IMG/VR virus record: IMGVR_UViG_3300020213_000029
Coordinates: 5,652-69,651 of that record
Length of the DNA: 64,000 nt
Source of the DNA: a virus
Direction: 5' to 3' (one strand)
The notes beneath the pieces are model-generated. The model was not told where the DNA came from. It made no database searches and saw nothing but the letters and a program-made list of their open reading frames with translations. The position numbers and the translations under genes were made by a program. Shown here piece after piece: positions 37,475 through 48,200 of the stretch. The number at the start of each line of letters is the position of its first letter. The stretch's first letter is position 1.

Positions 37475-37987
37475 ATGGCAGTCGAGCAATGGAAGAATCA
37501 GACACAGAGTACCGCCTTCGTGTTGAAGTTCGACCGGTATCAGAATCTTATCTCAGAGCTGGTTTCCCCCGGTAAAACCGTGACCGTTACAAAAGAGGAA
37601 CGGGAAATCAATCAGGATCGAGCGGCGTTGGACAATTTGGACGTATTCAAGAACGGCATCCTTTTGCCGGTGAAACTCGTGGACCCCGAGGATGAGCGGG
37701 AATTCGCCGAGAACCCGAACCTGATGAGCGAAGACGACTTGCGAAACCTGCTTAAGCTGAGCAAGCCCGCCTTTGTCAAACGTATCAATGAGATCAGTAA
37801 CATTTACCCGTTGCTGCGGCTTGACGAGCTGGCCAAAGAGGACGATACCAAGATCACGGCCGGTGTCTCGCAGGCGCTGGCTGATCGGATCGAAGAGATG
37901 ACCCCGAAATCTCCCCAGATCAAATCGTTCGCCGACGACGGACCTGTCTCCGAGGAGTTGCAGAGGCGCCGAGACGTGCGAGGCTGA
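37475..37987 (+). CDS. Hypothetical virion-region protein
   Basis: 170-aa ORF with RBS. Confidence 0.65.
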   Translation: MAVEQWKNQTQSTAFVLKFDRYQNLISELVSPGKTVTVTKEEREINQDRAALDNLDVFKNGILLPVKLVDPEDEREFAENPNLMSEDDLRNLLKLSKPAFVKRINEISNIYPLLRLDELAKEDDTKITAGVSQALADRIEEMTPKSPQIKSFADDGPVSEELQRRRDVRG

Positions 37988-37992
37988 CCATA

Positions 37993-38184
37993 ATGCCCGT
38001 GCTGCGCCCCCCAATGTCAATAAAAAACACGAATGGGCTCCGTATTATTACCGAATACGTGGTGCCTCACGAGTGGGAGAAACGGTTCGTTCTTGTGCAA
38101 GCGACCGAAGAATCCACGTCTTGTGTGATCTCTTACCCCGGCCCGAGGTACGAACTTTGTCCTCATAACTGGATCATTGTTTAA
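37993..38184 (+). CDS. Microprotein (63 aa) ending CPHNWIIV
   Basis: Shared terminal motif. Confidence 0.6.
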   Translation: MPVLRPPMSIKNTNGLRIITEYVVPHEWEKRFVLVQATEESTSCVISYPGPRYELCPHNWIIV

Positions 38185-38185
38185 A

Positions 38186-38512
38186 ATGGCCCCCGTCATC
38201 CTAAATCCAGAGCGTCATTGGGAATGCCCGTCGTGTGGCTACCAGCATGTGACCCACGACGCCCGGCCTCATATGCCGACTCATCCGTGCCCCAAATATA
38301 ACGGATTCTCGGTGCCCCTCTCCGAAGTAACCGGGGAGAAGCTGAAGAAAAATTCGGTGCGGCATGTTATGAAACATCGAGACGACTATGTCAATAAGGA
38401 ACTGGTTCGTCTCGGCCCTGACGGCAAACCTATTATGGCGTTGCGCACAGAACGTTCCGACGGCAGCAACGATACTAGAATATATGCTCCCACTGCACAG
38501 CCCGAGAGTTAA
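38186..38512 (+). CDS. Zn-binding hypothetical protein
   Basis: W.CPSCG...H.CP. Confidence 0.6.
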   Translation: MAPVILNPERHWECPSCGYQHVTHDARPHMPTHPCPKYNGFSVPLSEVTGEKLKKNSVRHVMKHRDDYVNKELVRLGPDGKPIMALRTERSDGSNDTRIYAPTAQPES

Positions 38513-38542
38513 TTTACGGAACTGATATACCGAGGAGATGTC

Positions 38543-38809
38543 ATGGAATCTGTGGACTTTTTGCAAAGCGTAGTCGACTATCAACAGCGAATGTTGGACG
38601 ATGCCGAGAAGGCACACGCCAAAGTTCTCATGAAGTACGCAAAGCATGCAGCGGTGAAGCTGATTATCGACGAAGAAGTCGCCAACGCAGTCGCCGACGT
38701 AGAGAAGACGAAGCAAGAGCTAAGTGCCGCAAAAGCGCAGCTGCTCGCAGTAAATGATCAACACTCGGCGGCTCGTAACGATCCGGACAGAACAGAAGGT
38801 GACATCTAA
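38543..38809 (+). CDS. Coiled-coil hypothetical protein
   Basis: GAGGAG RBS. Confidence 0.6.
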   Translation: MESVDFLQSVVDYQQRMLDDAEKAHAKVLMKYAKHAAVKLIIDEEVANAVADVEKTKQELSAAKAQLLAVNDQHSAARNDPDRTEGDI

Positions 38810-39279
38810 TGGCATGGGCAAACTCTAAAGTTTTTGCAGTCACAGTCAAGGATTCTTTGGGCGCGAATATCACTTCGTTTGATATCGAATCGAACACGTT
38901 CAAGGCCGCACTATATAATAACACTACGGCTCCTGATAATACGGTTACCGCTGCGAACACTGCGTATGCGGTCGGCCAGTGGGTTACCGGTAATGAGGTT
39001 TCTCAGGCCGGTCAGTGGGCCGTCGGCGGTGTCGCCCTCGCTTCTGTCACTTGGGCTCTAGCCTCCGCTACGGTTACCTTTGATGCGGCGGACACCGCTT
39101 CGGGTGCTGCAGCGACGCTCGCCAACGTGTATGGCGCTCTTGTGTATGACGACACGGTGACTACGCCCGTCGCTGACCAGGGCCTTTGTTACAATTACTT
39201 TGGTGGCGTGAACAGTGTGACATCTGGCACGTTGACTGTAGTGTGGAATGCTTCGGGGATCGCTGCGTTTGTGTGCTGA
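38809..39279 (+). CDS. Virion structural protein (head-fibre-associated type)
   Basis: D...TFKAALY, NEV....GG..L, TFDAAD, GALVYDDT, DFGG-like YFGG, GT.TV.WNA.GI. Confidence 0.7.
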   Translation: MAWANSKVFAVTVKDSLGANITSFDIESNTFKAALYNNTTAPDNTVTAANTAYAVGQWVTGNEVSQAGQWAVGGVALASVTWALASATVTFDAADTASGAAATLANVYGALVYDDTVTTPVADQGLCYNYFGGVNSVTSGTLTVVWNASGIAAFVC

Positions 39280-39500
39280 TCTTGGTTGAAGTCCTTCATT
39301 AAAGCGGGGGAGACCTAAGATTCAAGTAGGCCTCGTCTCTGCCCGATAAGAGGATATGAAAAGGTCTCTTGTCGGGGGCATTTGTGAATAACCGTTTGAA
39401 GGCCGTTTTGGCAGTCGTCGTTGCAGCGACATTGGTCTATATGCCGCTGGCGTTCGGCGCATCGTCGTCTGATGCCGACTTCAATTAAGGAGCGTTCACG

Positions 39501-40511
39501 ATGAAGAAGCGAGTCTTGATTGCAGTTCCAGTAATTATTGCCGCATTCGCTTTCGGTGTTGGCATTGCATCGTCGAGTACACCCGATCCGCTTGGAACAT
39601 GCACCGTGCGGTGGCAACTCGATGCGTCAGTGTCAGGCGATCATTCGACCAAGACCAAAGGCACCGCGCATTTGACCGAATCGCAATGTGCAGCACTCGT
39701 GGGGGGCTCATCGTCGAGCACCACGACAACGACGACGACGAGACCAACCACGACGACGACGACGACGAGATCAACGACGACGACGACGACGACGAGATCA
39801 ACGACGACGACGACGAGACCAACCACCACTTCGTCATCGACAACGGCACCCACGGGGACAAGTCCTTCAAACGTGCTTGACCTGCGCAACTGGAAGCTGA
39901 CATTGCCGGTCAACACATCTCACGAGGGCAACCCTGACGAGATCCGCCAACCGGAACTGACGGGGTACTCCAAGGCAGGCGTCTTCGAAGTCGGTCAGGG
40001 TGGCGTGGTGTTCACAACTCCCACCAATGGTGCCACCACCGGGGGATCGAGTTACCCTCGCACCGAACTGCGGGAGATGGCCAATAACGGCACATCGAAT
40101 GCGTCGTGGTCCTCTACGAGTGGCACGCATTCAATGGCAATTACTCAAGCGATTACCCACATACCTAACGTGAAGCGCCACCTAGTTGCTGGGCAGATTC
40201 ACGATTCTGGTGACGACCTGATCGTGATCCGCCTCGAAGGTACCGACCTTTTTGTTGACCACAACGGTGATCACGGCCCCACGCTCGACACCAACTATCA
40301 ACTCGGCACGTTCTTCAAGATCGAGTTCCGCGTCGCCAACGGCCATGTCCTGGTGTTCTACAACGATGTGCAACGAGACGACCTCTCGGTGTCGAAGTCG
40401 GGCTTGTACTTCAAAGCAGGCGCGTACCCGCAGTCGAACCCCTCCAAGGGCGAACCTGCGTCGGCCTATGGTCAGGTCGTGATCACCAACCTCACCGTCA
40501 CTCACACGTAA
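39501..40511 (+). CDS. Secreted polysaccharide lyase family 7 (alginate lyase 2-like) with Thr-rich linker
   Basis: Signal peptide; LDL.NWKLTLP, YPRTELRE, GQIH, YFKAGAY.Q. Confidence 0.88.
   Translation: MKKRVLIAVPVIIAAFAFGVGIASSSTPDPLGTCTVRWQLDASVSGDHSTKTKGTAHLTESQCAALVGGSSSSTTTTTTTRPTTTTTTTRSTTTTTTTRSTTTTTRPTTTSSSTTAPTGTSPSNVLDLRNWKLTLPVNTSHEGNPDEIRQPELTGYSKAGVFEVGQGGVVFTTPTNGATTGGSSYPRTELREMANNGTSNASWSSTSGTHSMAITQAITHIPNVKRHLVAGQIHDSGDDLIVIRLEGTDLFVDHNGDHGPTLDTNYQLGTFFKIEFRVANGHVLVFYNDVQRDDLSVSKSGLYFKAGAYPQSNPSKGEPASAYGQVVITNLTVTHT
39720..39830 (+). repeat. (ACG)n-based repeat encoding poly-Thr linker
   Basis: Imperfect ACGACGACG...AGA units. Confidence 0.8.
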
Positions 40512-40519
40512 AGTCGCTT

Positions 40520-43500
40520 ATGCCAAGCCGCGGCTATTTTGCTGACAGTGGTGGTGGCGACACCACCACACAATCAGCGACGGTACAGACCGATCACCGG
40601 ACGCTGACATTCACCGGTGACGCAAGCTCGACGTATTTGATCATCGGATACGTCGAGTCGCAGGTCGATATCAACGCGGCCCGTGACACGCAGGTCAGGC
40701 TGTACGACGACACGGCCGCCGTGTCGGTTTACGACACCAACTTTGAGTGTCGCTTGACGACGGGTGTCGAGTGGCGGCCGTTGACGTTCGCTTATCTGTT
40801 CACGACGACCGGCAGCCCGGTGCCGCAGACATTCAAGTTGCAGCACAAGTTGGAGTCGACGCTCACCAACGCCGATTCGGTGTGTCGCAACGGTTCGCTT
40901 ATCGCGTTGAAATTAAACAGCGGGACAGACTTCACTGCGACGTCCGACTCAGCGGCGACGGCGACGTCGAGCCCTGGAACGTGGACTGACTACACGACAT
41001 CGTTGACGTTCACCGCTACGTCCGACGACTACCTGATTATCGCTGTTGCCCGTTGCGCATACTCAGCGACGACGAACGGTGCCCGCATCCGAATGTTGTG
41101 CGAGGACACCACGACCGGCGTCGCTGACACCGAGTGGGTTCCGTCGGATTCCACGACCAAAGTCACCTATGCGGCGATGGTGAAACGCACACTGACGGCA
41201 GGGTCGGTGACGTTCAAGTTGCAGCACTCTCGGGCTGTCGCCGGGTCGGGCACATCGACGCTCGACTTCGTCCGCTACGTGGCGTTGCGGCTCTCCGATT
41301 TCGATTCGACGCAAGTCACGCAAGACACCGGCGCCGACACGACGACGAGCGCGACGTACGCCGACCTCGGCGACACGCACACGCAGACGTTGACGAGCGG
41401 CATCGACTATTTGATGCTCGCCTCGGCGAACTCGACGATCGACACGACTTCGGTCACGTTCGGTCTGAAAGTCACCGACGGCACCACAACGTTCGCGGAA
41501 CCTGCGGTGAGTCCAGGTGTCACCGGCAAAGGCTTCGCTGCGGTCGTCCCGAAGATCATCTCGGGGTCTGGGTCGTCGACGACTCACAAGGTGCAAGGCA
41601 TCTCTAACGGCACTGCGACACTGACGTTGGCTGAGCATCGCATCGCGATGCTGCAAGTCGAAGCCGCGGTCGCCAATGCTGCTGCGCAGCTTGCTACGGC
41701 CACTGCCCTTAATCCCAGTGTCGCTACAACGATTCTCGTTAATGCGGGAGTGGCATCTACGGTAATTACCAGTTCCGACACTACAGTCACAACAGTGGCT
41801 CAGGCTTCCGCTGGTGTGGCTTCCATTTCGGTAGCTGCTTATGATGGGCATGATACTGTTTTCTTTACTACAGTTCTCGCTTCTGGAACTGCTACAGGCA
41901 ATAACACAACCAGTACGGCCTCTACCAATACTAATCTTGCAACAGCCTCTGTAGCTGCTCGGGATGCGACAGCAGCGACGACGGCTGCCACTAACGCCAA
42001 CGCTGGGGTGCCCTCAGGAACGGTCACCGGCAATAATGCTACTGTTCTCATAGCTGTCGTCGCCTCGGCTGGTGTGGCTTCCATTTCGGTAGCTGCTTAT
42101 GATGGGCATGATACTGTTTTCTTTACTACAGTTCTCGCTTCTGGAACTGCTACAGGCAATAACACAACCAGTACGGCCTCTACCAATACTAATCTTGCAA
42201 CAGCCTCTGTAGCTGCTCGGGATGCGACAGCAGCGACGACGGCTGCCACTAACGCCAACGCTGGGGTGCCCTCAGGAACGGTCACCGGCAATAATGCTAC
42301 TGTTCTCATAGCTGTCGTCGCCTCGGCTGGTGTGGCCTCGGTCACTACAGCGGCATATAGTGCTACGTCGACGATTGTTGCGATCGAAACCACTGCCACT
42401 ATCACTGCTACGGCCTTCGACGGTACGACCACTACACTCACGGTTACCAATGTCCCCGCCGGAGTAGCCTCTCTAGCAGTTCAGGCTAGGGATTCAACTA
42501 CGAATGTGGGCGCTGGTCAGAATGTGGCGACCACTACAGCTCTCGCCCACACTCCTAGCGATTCAATCAGGGCGCTAACCGGTCTCAGCTCGGCAAGTCC
42601 GATCGCTTATGATGCTACACAGGTCCCGTCCTCGCATGTCTACGCTGAGGCGACTACCGCCAGCCCGGCAGCCCTTGGTCTCACGGGAAGTTTACAAGTA
42701 AATGCGGAACTGATCTCCGGGACTGGTGTCGCCTACGATGCCACCACGGTTTCCGTTCCCTACGTCTACGCCAATGCCGGACTGGCGACGGCCAATCCTC
42801 TAGGTTATAACGCTTCCGCAAATATTATCGCCGTCGAAGCCGCTTATGTTGTCCCTACGTCCTACAGCCTCTCAGCTGCCGTCCAAACCGCCACTGCAAC
42901 CGCTACTGTCAGCCCCATCGCCAACAACATACGGACTTACGTAGCCACTACGGCATTTGTTCTCCTCGGAACCTACAATGCCACCGTCGACCTTAATACT
43001 AATCCTCTTTTTGGCACTGGCACGGGTAGTGGCATCGACCAAACGGCAGTGGTCTCCACCAGACCTGATTCGATTCCAGTATCAATAACTGCCTATGACG
43101 GTACAACTGACAATAATCTCATTTATTCGTATGCATATGCAGAGGCGGCTAGTCTCACCGCTAGCGCCGCAAATTCCACTACCAGCGTCGCCTCACGCCC
43201 AGATGTAGCGGTCGTTGTTTCGACAGCCTTACCTATCCTGTCTCGCTACGTTTCGGCGGGCGCAGCGAGCGTAACAATTGCCGCTCCTGATGGACGTAAT
43301 GCAATAGCAATGCCCGCCGGACGGGGCACCAGCTCTCCCACGGCCTACACGATCACGGCGGTAAATACCGGCGATCACGTCTCCGCCCTGGCACAACCAG
43401 CAGAAGTCGTGCTCGGGACATTTAATACCACTACACAAGTCGGCGCCGGGATCACTACGGGCCAAGCATCTGTTCAGGCCCGAGATAGTAGAGGAAGTAG

Positions 43501-43843
43501 TGCCGTGACTGGTGCCGTGGCTCAAACCGTCATCACGGGTTACGCCATCGGCTGGGCAGGCGGGCTGAAGCCAGGGACAGGACTGGTCAATCCGCAGCCA
43601 TTTACCCCCAACGTACTGCAAGTCCTGTCCGGCGATATTGCGACGGTTTCAACTATAGCGAACTCCATTAGGGGCTCTGCCGGAGCATCGTCGTATCCGT
43701 CAATAAGTCTCGCTACGAGCTACCAAACCAGAATCGCTGGGGGGCGAAGGATCGTTACTACCCAGTTCATCAGCAGTTTGGAAGTCGTTGAGATCGTCAG
43801 CGTCATCGAGGTCACTGGCGTTATGGCGGCGGTAGAGAATTAA
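40520..43843 (+). CDS. Large Thr/Ala/Ser-rich virion fibre-like protein
   Basis: N-terminal ~385-aa globular beta region, then recurring A.AGVAS....AY..T stalk repeats. Confidence 0.65.
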   Translation: MPSRGYFADSGGGDTTTQSATVQTDHRTLTFTGDASSTYLIIGYVESQVDINAARDTQVRLYDDTAAVSVYDTNFECRLTTGVEWRPLTFAYLFTTTGSPVPQTFKLQHKLESTLTNADSVCRNGSLIALKLNSGTDFTATSDSAATATSSPGTWTDYTTSLTFTATSDDYLIIAVARCAYSATTNGARIRMLCEDTTTGVADTEWVPSDSTTKVTYAAMVKRTLTAGSVTFKLQHSRAVAGSGTSTLDFVRYVALRLSDFDSTQVTQDTGADTTTSATYADLGDTHTQTLTSGIDYLMLASANSTIDTTSVTFGLKVTDGTTTFAEPAVSPGVTGKGFAAVVPKIISGSGSSTTHKVQGISNGTATLTLAEHRIAMLQVEAAVANAAAQLATATALNPSVATTILVNAGVASTVITSSDTTVTTVAQASAGVASISVAAYDGHDTVFFTTVLASGTATGNNTTSTASTNTNLATASVAARDATAATTAATNANAGVPSGTVTGNNATVLIAVVASAGVASISVAAYDGHDTVFFTTVLASGTATGNNTTSTASTNTNLATASVAARDATAATTAATNANAGVPSGTVTGNNATVLIAVVASAGVASVTTAAYSATSTIVAIETTATITATAFDGTTTTLTVTNVPAGVASLAVQARDSTTNVGAGQNVATTTALAHTPSDSIRALTGLSSASPIAYDATQVPSSHVYAEATTASPAALGLTGSLQVNAELISGTGVAYDATTVSVPYVYANAGLATANPLGYNASANIIAVEAAYVVPTSYSLSAAVQTATATATVSPIANNIRTYVATTAFVLLGTYNATVDLNTNPLFGTGTGSGIDQTAVVSTRPDSIPVSITAYDGTTDNNLIYSYAYAEAASLTASAANSTTSVASRPDVAVVVSTALPILSRYVSAGAASVTIAAPDGRNAIAMPAGRGTSSPTAYTITAVNTGDHVSALAQPAEVVLGTFNTTTQVGAGITTGQASVQARDSRGSSAVTGAVAQTVITGYAIGWAGGLKPGTGLVNPQPFTPNVLQVLSGDIATVSTIANSIRGSAGASSYPSISLATSYQTRIAGGRRIVTTQFISSLEVVEIVSVIEVTGVMAAVEN
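41810..42336 (+). repeat. 258-bp in-frame tandem duplication (86 aa)
   Basis: 41810-42067 appears identical to 42068-42325. Confidence 0.9.
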
Positions 43844-43893
43844 TACATTTTTTAGCGGACAAAGGCGAAATTACTATATAGAGAGGAGGGCAA

Positions 43894-44838
43894 ATGTGGG
43901 GCATGCTTGACAAAGGCACAGGACTGAACAACCTACAATCGATACTTTTTGCTGGCTATCTTGATGTTGTTATGGATGGAATCAACGGGATCAACTGCGT
44001 TGTTAGTGGGTGTACGGTCGGCAGCTCGGCCGGAATGACTCCATCTGTTTCCAAAGGCGCCGTCGTGAGTAACGGCACCCTATTCGCCGTTGCGGCAGGG
44101 AACGCTACTATCACTACTGCTGATGGCACGAACCCACGGCTTGATCTGGTGGTAATTACTAGCGCTGGCGCCATCGCCGTGCGTGCTGGTGCTGCGGCAG
44201 CAAGCCCCAAGCCACCGACTCGGACACTGAACGATGTCGTACTCGCCGTCGTATATGTGCCAGCAAACAGCACCGCAATCGCTGCAAACCAGCTTGTTGA
44301 ACTCCGCATGGTCAGAGACCGCAACGTTACACTGAAACGTACTACTGCTGCCGTGACATTCAATACTAACTCAACGATTCAGACCTACTTTACTGTAACA
44401 TTACCGAGTGGATTATTTCTGGCGGGCAAACAAGTGCGAGTGCGGTGTGGTGGGAACTATTTGTCCAACTCTGGTACGCCTACCTGGACCTTGACGATTG
44501 CCTATGGGGGATCGACCTTATTCACGGACGTGACGACAGCGACAACGTCCGATACTGATAGAGGGGCATGGGGGGTTGATTTCGTATTGAACGCCAGCGG
44601 AAATGCGGCACAGCAGGCAGCCGGGCACGTGTTGTTCCAAACCCCCGGAGTAAAAGCGGCTGCGCCCGCAGGCATCGGCGACATGGGAGTGACCACATCC
44701 TTAAGTCTTCCTTTCAGGGGCACTTCGGCGGTGGATAGTGATGCTGGTAATCAAGATTTGACCGTGCAATGGACTATGAGTGGGTCCAATGTGTCAGTTG
44801 AAACCGTTATGGATTACGGCTACGCAGAGCTGATCTGA
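43894..44838 (+). CDS. Virion protein (minor structural)
   Basis: ADGTNPRLDLVV, G..AASP.PP, LAVVYVPA motifs common in phage tail/baseplate proteins. Confidence 0.65.
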   Translation: MWGMLDKGTGLNNLQSILFAGYLDVVMDGINGINCVVSGCTVGSSAGMTPSVSKGAVVSNGTLFAVAAGNATITTADGTNPRLDLVVITSAGAIAVRAGAAAASPKPPTRTLNDVVLAVVYVPANSTAIAANQLVELRMVRDRNVTLKRTTAAVTFNTNSTIQTYFTVTLPSGLFLAGKQVRVRCGGNYLSNSGTPTWTLTIAYGGSTLFTDVTTATTSDTDRGAWGVDFVLNASGNAAQQAAGHVLFQTPGVKAAAPAGIGDMGVTTSLSLPFRGTSAVDSDAGNQDLTVQWTMSGSNVSVETVMDYGYAELI

Positions 44839-44839
44839 C

Positions 44840-45256
44840 ATGGGTGCATTCCGTGACGCCATTACCGCAGCCCTCGCTGTCGGCACACTGACAGAAGAAG
44901 AACGTCGTCTCGCTGTGCGGCGTATTAAGGGACAGGCACTGTTCGATAACCTTCCTGCTCTGCCTTACGTTATCGACCTGTCCGGCAATAATTCCATTAC
45001 GGTCGAGTCGGCATCCTGGAACGATCCCGTCCTGACTGTCGTGTTGTCGGCGATCCGCCGGGGTCAACCGGCAGTACTCGACAATCCGTTCGTGTTTATA
45101 AATCCGCCGATCCATGTACTCGACGCAACAGGTGATTTATCTCGGGAAGTCCGGGACCGTGCCGGAATGCTTCTACGCACCGACGTATATGCGGAACGAC
45201 CGTTGCTGGCACTTCGGCGGGTCATCACTGACGCAGTGAGGCTACAGACCGGATGA
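44840..45256 (+). CDS. Hypothetical protein
   Basis: DNPF.F.NPPI.V.D motif; coupled to neighbours. Confidence 0.6.
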   Translation: MGAFRDAITAALAVGTLTEEERRLAVRRIKGQALFDNLPALPYVIDLSGNNSITVESASWNDPVLTVVLSAIRRGQPAVLDNPFVFINPPIHVLDATGDLSREVRDRAGMLLRTDVYAERPLLALRRVITDAVRLQTG

Positions 45257-48200
45257 CTACGACCACGGTGTTCGGGGACGCCGCCGATTGCGGGATCACA
45301 TCGTACGACGACACCTACTCGGTGGCTCGTGACCATGGCGGGCTCGACGAAGGATTGAGTCCGGCTTCGTTGGACGGCTTCGTCGGACAGAACTTCGCTA
45401 CTCCGACCTACTACTGTAGCCAGGACTTTCAGGGGTTTGATACGTCGAGCATCCCCGACACCGATTCGGTGTCGGCCGCCGTACTTTCGCTCAAGGGGTC
45501 GAACGACAACGATCTTAGCGATCTATTAACCGTTGAGGCACGCTCGTACGACTGGGGCGCCACGGTCGACCTCACCGACTTCCGTACCGGTTCTGAACTG
45601 AATGTGTTGACCTCGTGTGCGACGGCTGGGCCTAGTACCTTCACGACGGGTTACATCGACTTCAGCTCTACCGGGTCGATGCCTGCAGCGATCAACAAGA
45701 CCGGGTTTACCCGGTTCGTGTTGTGTGGGGCTCGCAACGTCGGTACAGGTACCGCTCCCTCAGGTGAAGAGTATTGGCAGTTGATCAGTGCTGACCAGAC
45801 AGGGACAGTCGACGATCCAAAACTGGTGGTCACTCACACAGGTGCCATTCAAGCAAACGCTGAGGTCTCTTCCGTTACTGTCATCGGACGAGATGCGATC
45901 GCCAAGATCAAGCCGTCGTCGTCCAGTTCCAGCACAACCCCCTCGGCGCTGGATGCTACCACACGAGTCAACGTCGTCTACGAAGACGGGTTGACCATCG
46001 GATCATCCTTCTCTCACGTCGGTTCGTCATATATCGGCGCACCTGATTTATTCGCAGCGCTAGCGGGCATGGCCTCAACAGTTATAACGGCAAATCCCTC
46101 TACGGTAGGGGCCAGAGCTTCCATTCAAGTCGCTTCATCGACTGTTGTCTCATACAACTCCACGACAGTTATTCAGAAACTTGTAAACGCCGAAGCTGCC
46201 ATTGTTCTAGGGGTCGGCCGGGATGCAGCGGACTATATAAGCGTTAAACCTACGTTGTCGTCTTTGGCGGCGTCAGCAAGCAATGCCTCTATCAGTACCA
46301 CTTCCCAGACCCAGGCTACCGCTGGTATGGCAACGAGCACGGCTTCGAGCAGTGTTGCGGCACTTCGAATTCAGTTCATCTCAGGCACAAGTCAAACTAC
46401 CATATCTGGGCTGACAGGTAGCGGACGGAGTTCCTTTACAGCGTCCCTCTCCTCGTCGTTGTCCGCCACCACTACAAACGCCACCGGCAGCATCACAGTC
46501 CCAGCGGCCACAGCGTCGACTCTGGTTGTCGCCGGTCCGGGCGCAGCGCTGGCCAACATCTCGATTTCACCGGTGCCGAGTAGTGGCTCGGTCACCGGAA
46601 CGGCATTTGGTATCACGGGATCCAATCGACTCAACACTCCGCTGATTTCGCTCCCTGTCTCTGCGTACACAACCGTAACAACGACGGCCTTCCAGGCGGG
46701 TGTGGCCTCTGTGTCAGCGACGTCCTACAATGTTGCACCGAAAGTCATTGCGAATATAGGGGTAAGCATTGAGACCAGCACCGGCAACAATAGCATCAGT
46801 TCGGTCGTCCCGAAACCGGGCGCTGCTAGCGTAACGTCTTCTTCCTCCAACGGAATTGGGACCAAGGTCAGTGCCCTAGGGGCTTCCATCATCACAGTAT
46901 CTGTCTCCGGAATCGATGCATCTGTCGCTACTGCAGATCGCATTATCGTATCAGCGAGCCTTGCCACTCTTACGATCACCGCTTACAATGAAACTTCCAA
47001 CGTTAATGCCACTCAGGCAACCGCTTCCCTGGCAGGGACTTCCTACAGTGTTCCAATCGGTCTCGGACCCAATACGACGACTGCGGCCGCTAATGGGACG
47101 GCCAGCAGTCTCACCATTAAGGTTTCTCCATCGGCGTCCATAGCGTCCAGTCTTGATACTGCCTATATCCCAGGATGGGCGACCTCGACGTCCGCTCTGG
47201 GTAGCTCTGTCAGTATATCAAGTGGGGCTATAGGAGACAATCTCAGTACTTCAACTGGAAACGGCCAGGTTTCGATATCGGGAGCGAACTCGAAGATCTT
47301 CGTGTCGGTCGCCCCGCCTGTAGCATCGACCACACCGACCGCCTACAATACTACGTCCAAGGGCGTTGCGGTATCAGGAGCAGCTTCTATGTTGTCCACT
47401 GCGGTCAACACTGCCAACGCAGTGCGAACCTCGCCAACGTTGGCGTCCGCAAGTGGCGCAGCAAACAATATCCGTTCGGACAGTATGGCGGGAGCGCAAA
47501 CCGCAACCAGCTCTGTTGTCAGTAACAATCATACGTCCACGACAGGCCCTACAGAAACTGTGGCATCCGCTACAGTCTCTGGTTTGACTATCTCCGCTGG
47601 GATTCGACCAAGCTCCAGTGTGGGGCAGGTATCCAGTTCTGGTAACGATATCAAAGCGGCGGTAGCTCCGGTCCCTGGAGTAGGACTCATCACTGTAACA
47701 GCTTACACCACTTCCAGCGTGTCGGCACAGGCGGGCATCTCGTCGTCCGCCGTGGAAGTGATTGCCCATAGCGGAAACGTTGCCACTGCCGATTATATTG
47801 TCGTGCAGGCACAGGCCGCAGCCCTCTCGGCTGCTGGCAGTGACACGATAGCGAACATCGTTACGTCTCAAACACTCGCTGCCGCAATCGGGGCATCTTA
47901 TGGGTCACCGGTAGCAGTACAAACCAACACTGGGGCCACTACCGTTGTGGTGTCGGCCCAGAATGTGAGCGGGCTCAACCAGAGCCAAATAGCGGCCGGA
48001 ATAGCCTCAGTAGCAGCCGTAGCGCAGGACGCAACGCAGCGGATGGAGACCAACCCGACCAATATATCCGTTCTCGCTGCAGCGGAAAACTCTGAGGCAC
48101 AAAATAGTATCAATGCCGGACTATCTGCCATTACTGCTACGGCACACAACGCTACTATAGCTCTGATAGAGATCACATCACCGGTCTACGCAGATTCTGC

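Noticed and set aside
39720-39830. Possible CRISPR or regulatory repeat array
   Set aside because: It is a coding (ACG)n poly-Thr linker with no repeat-spacer structure. No CRISPR array was seen in the window.
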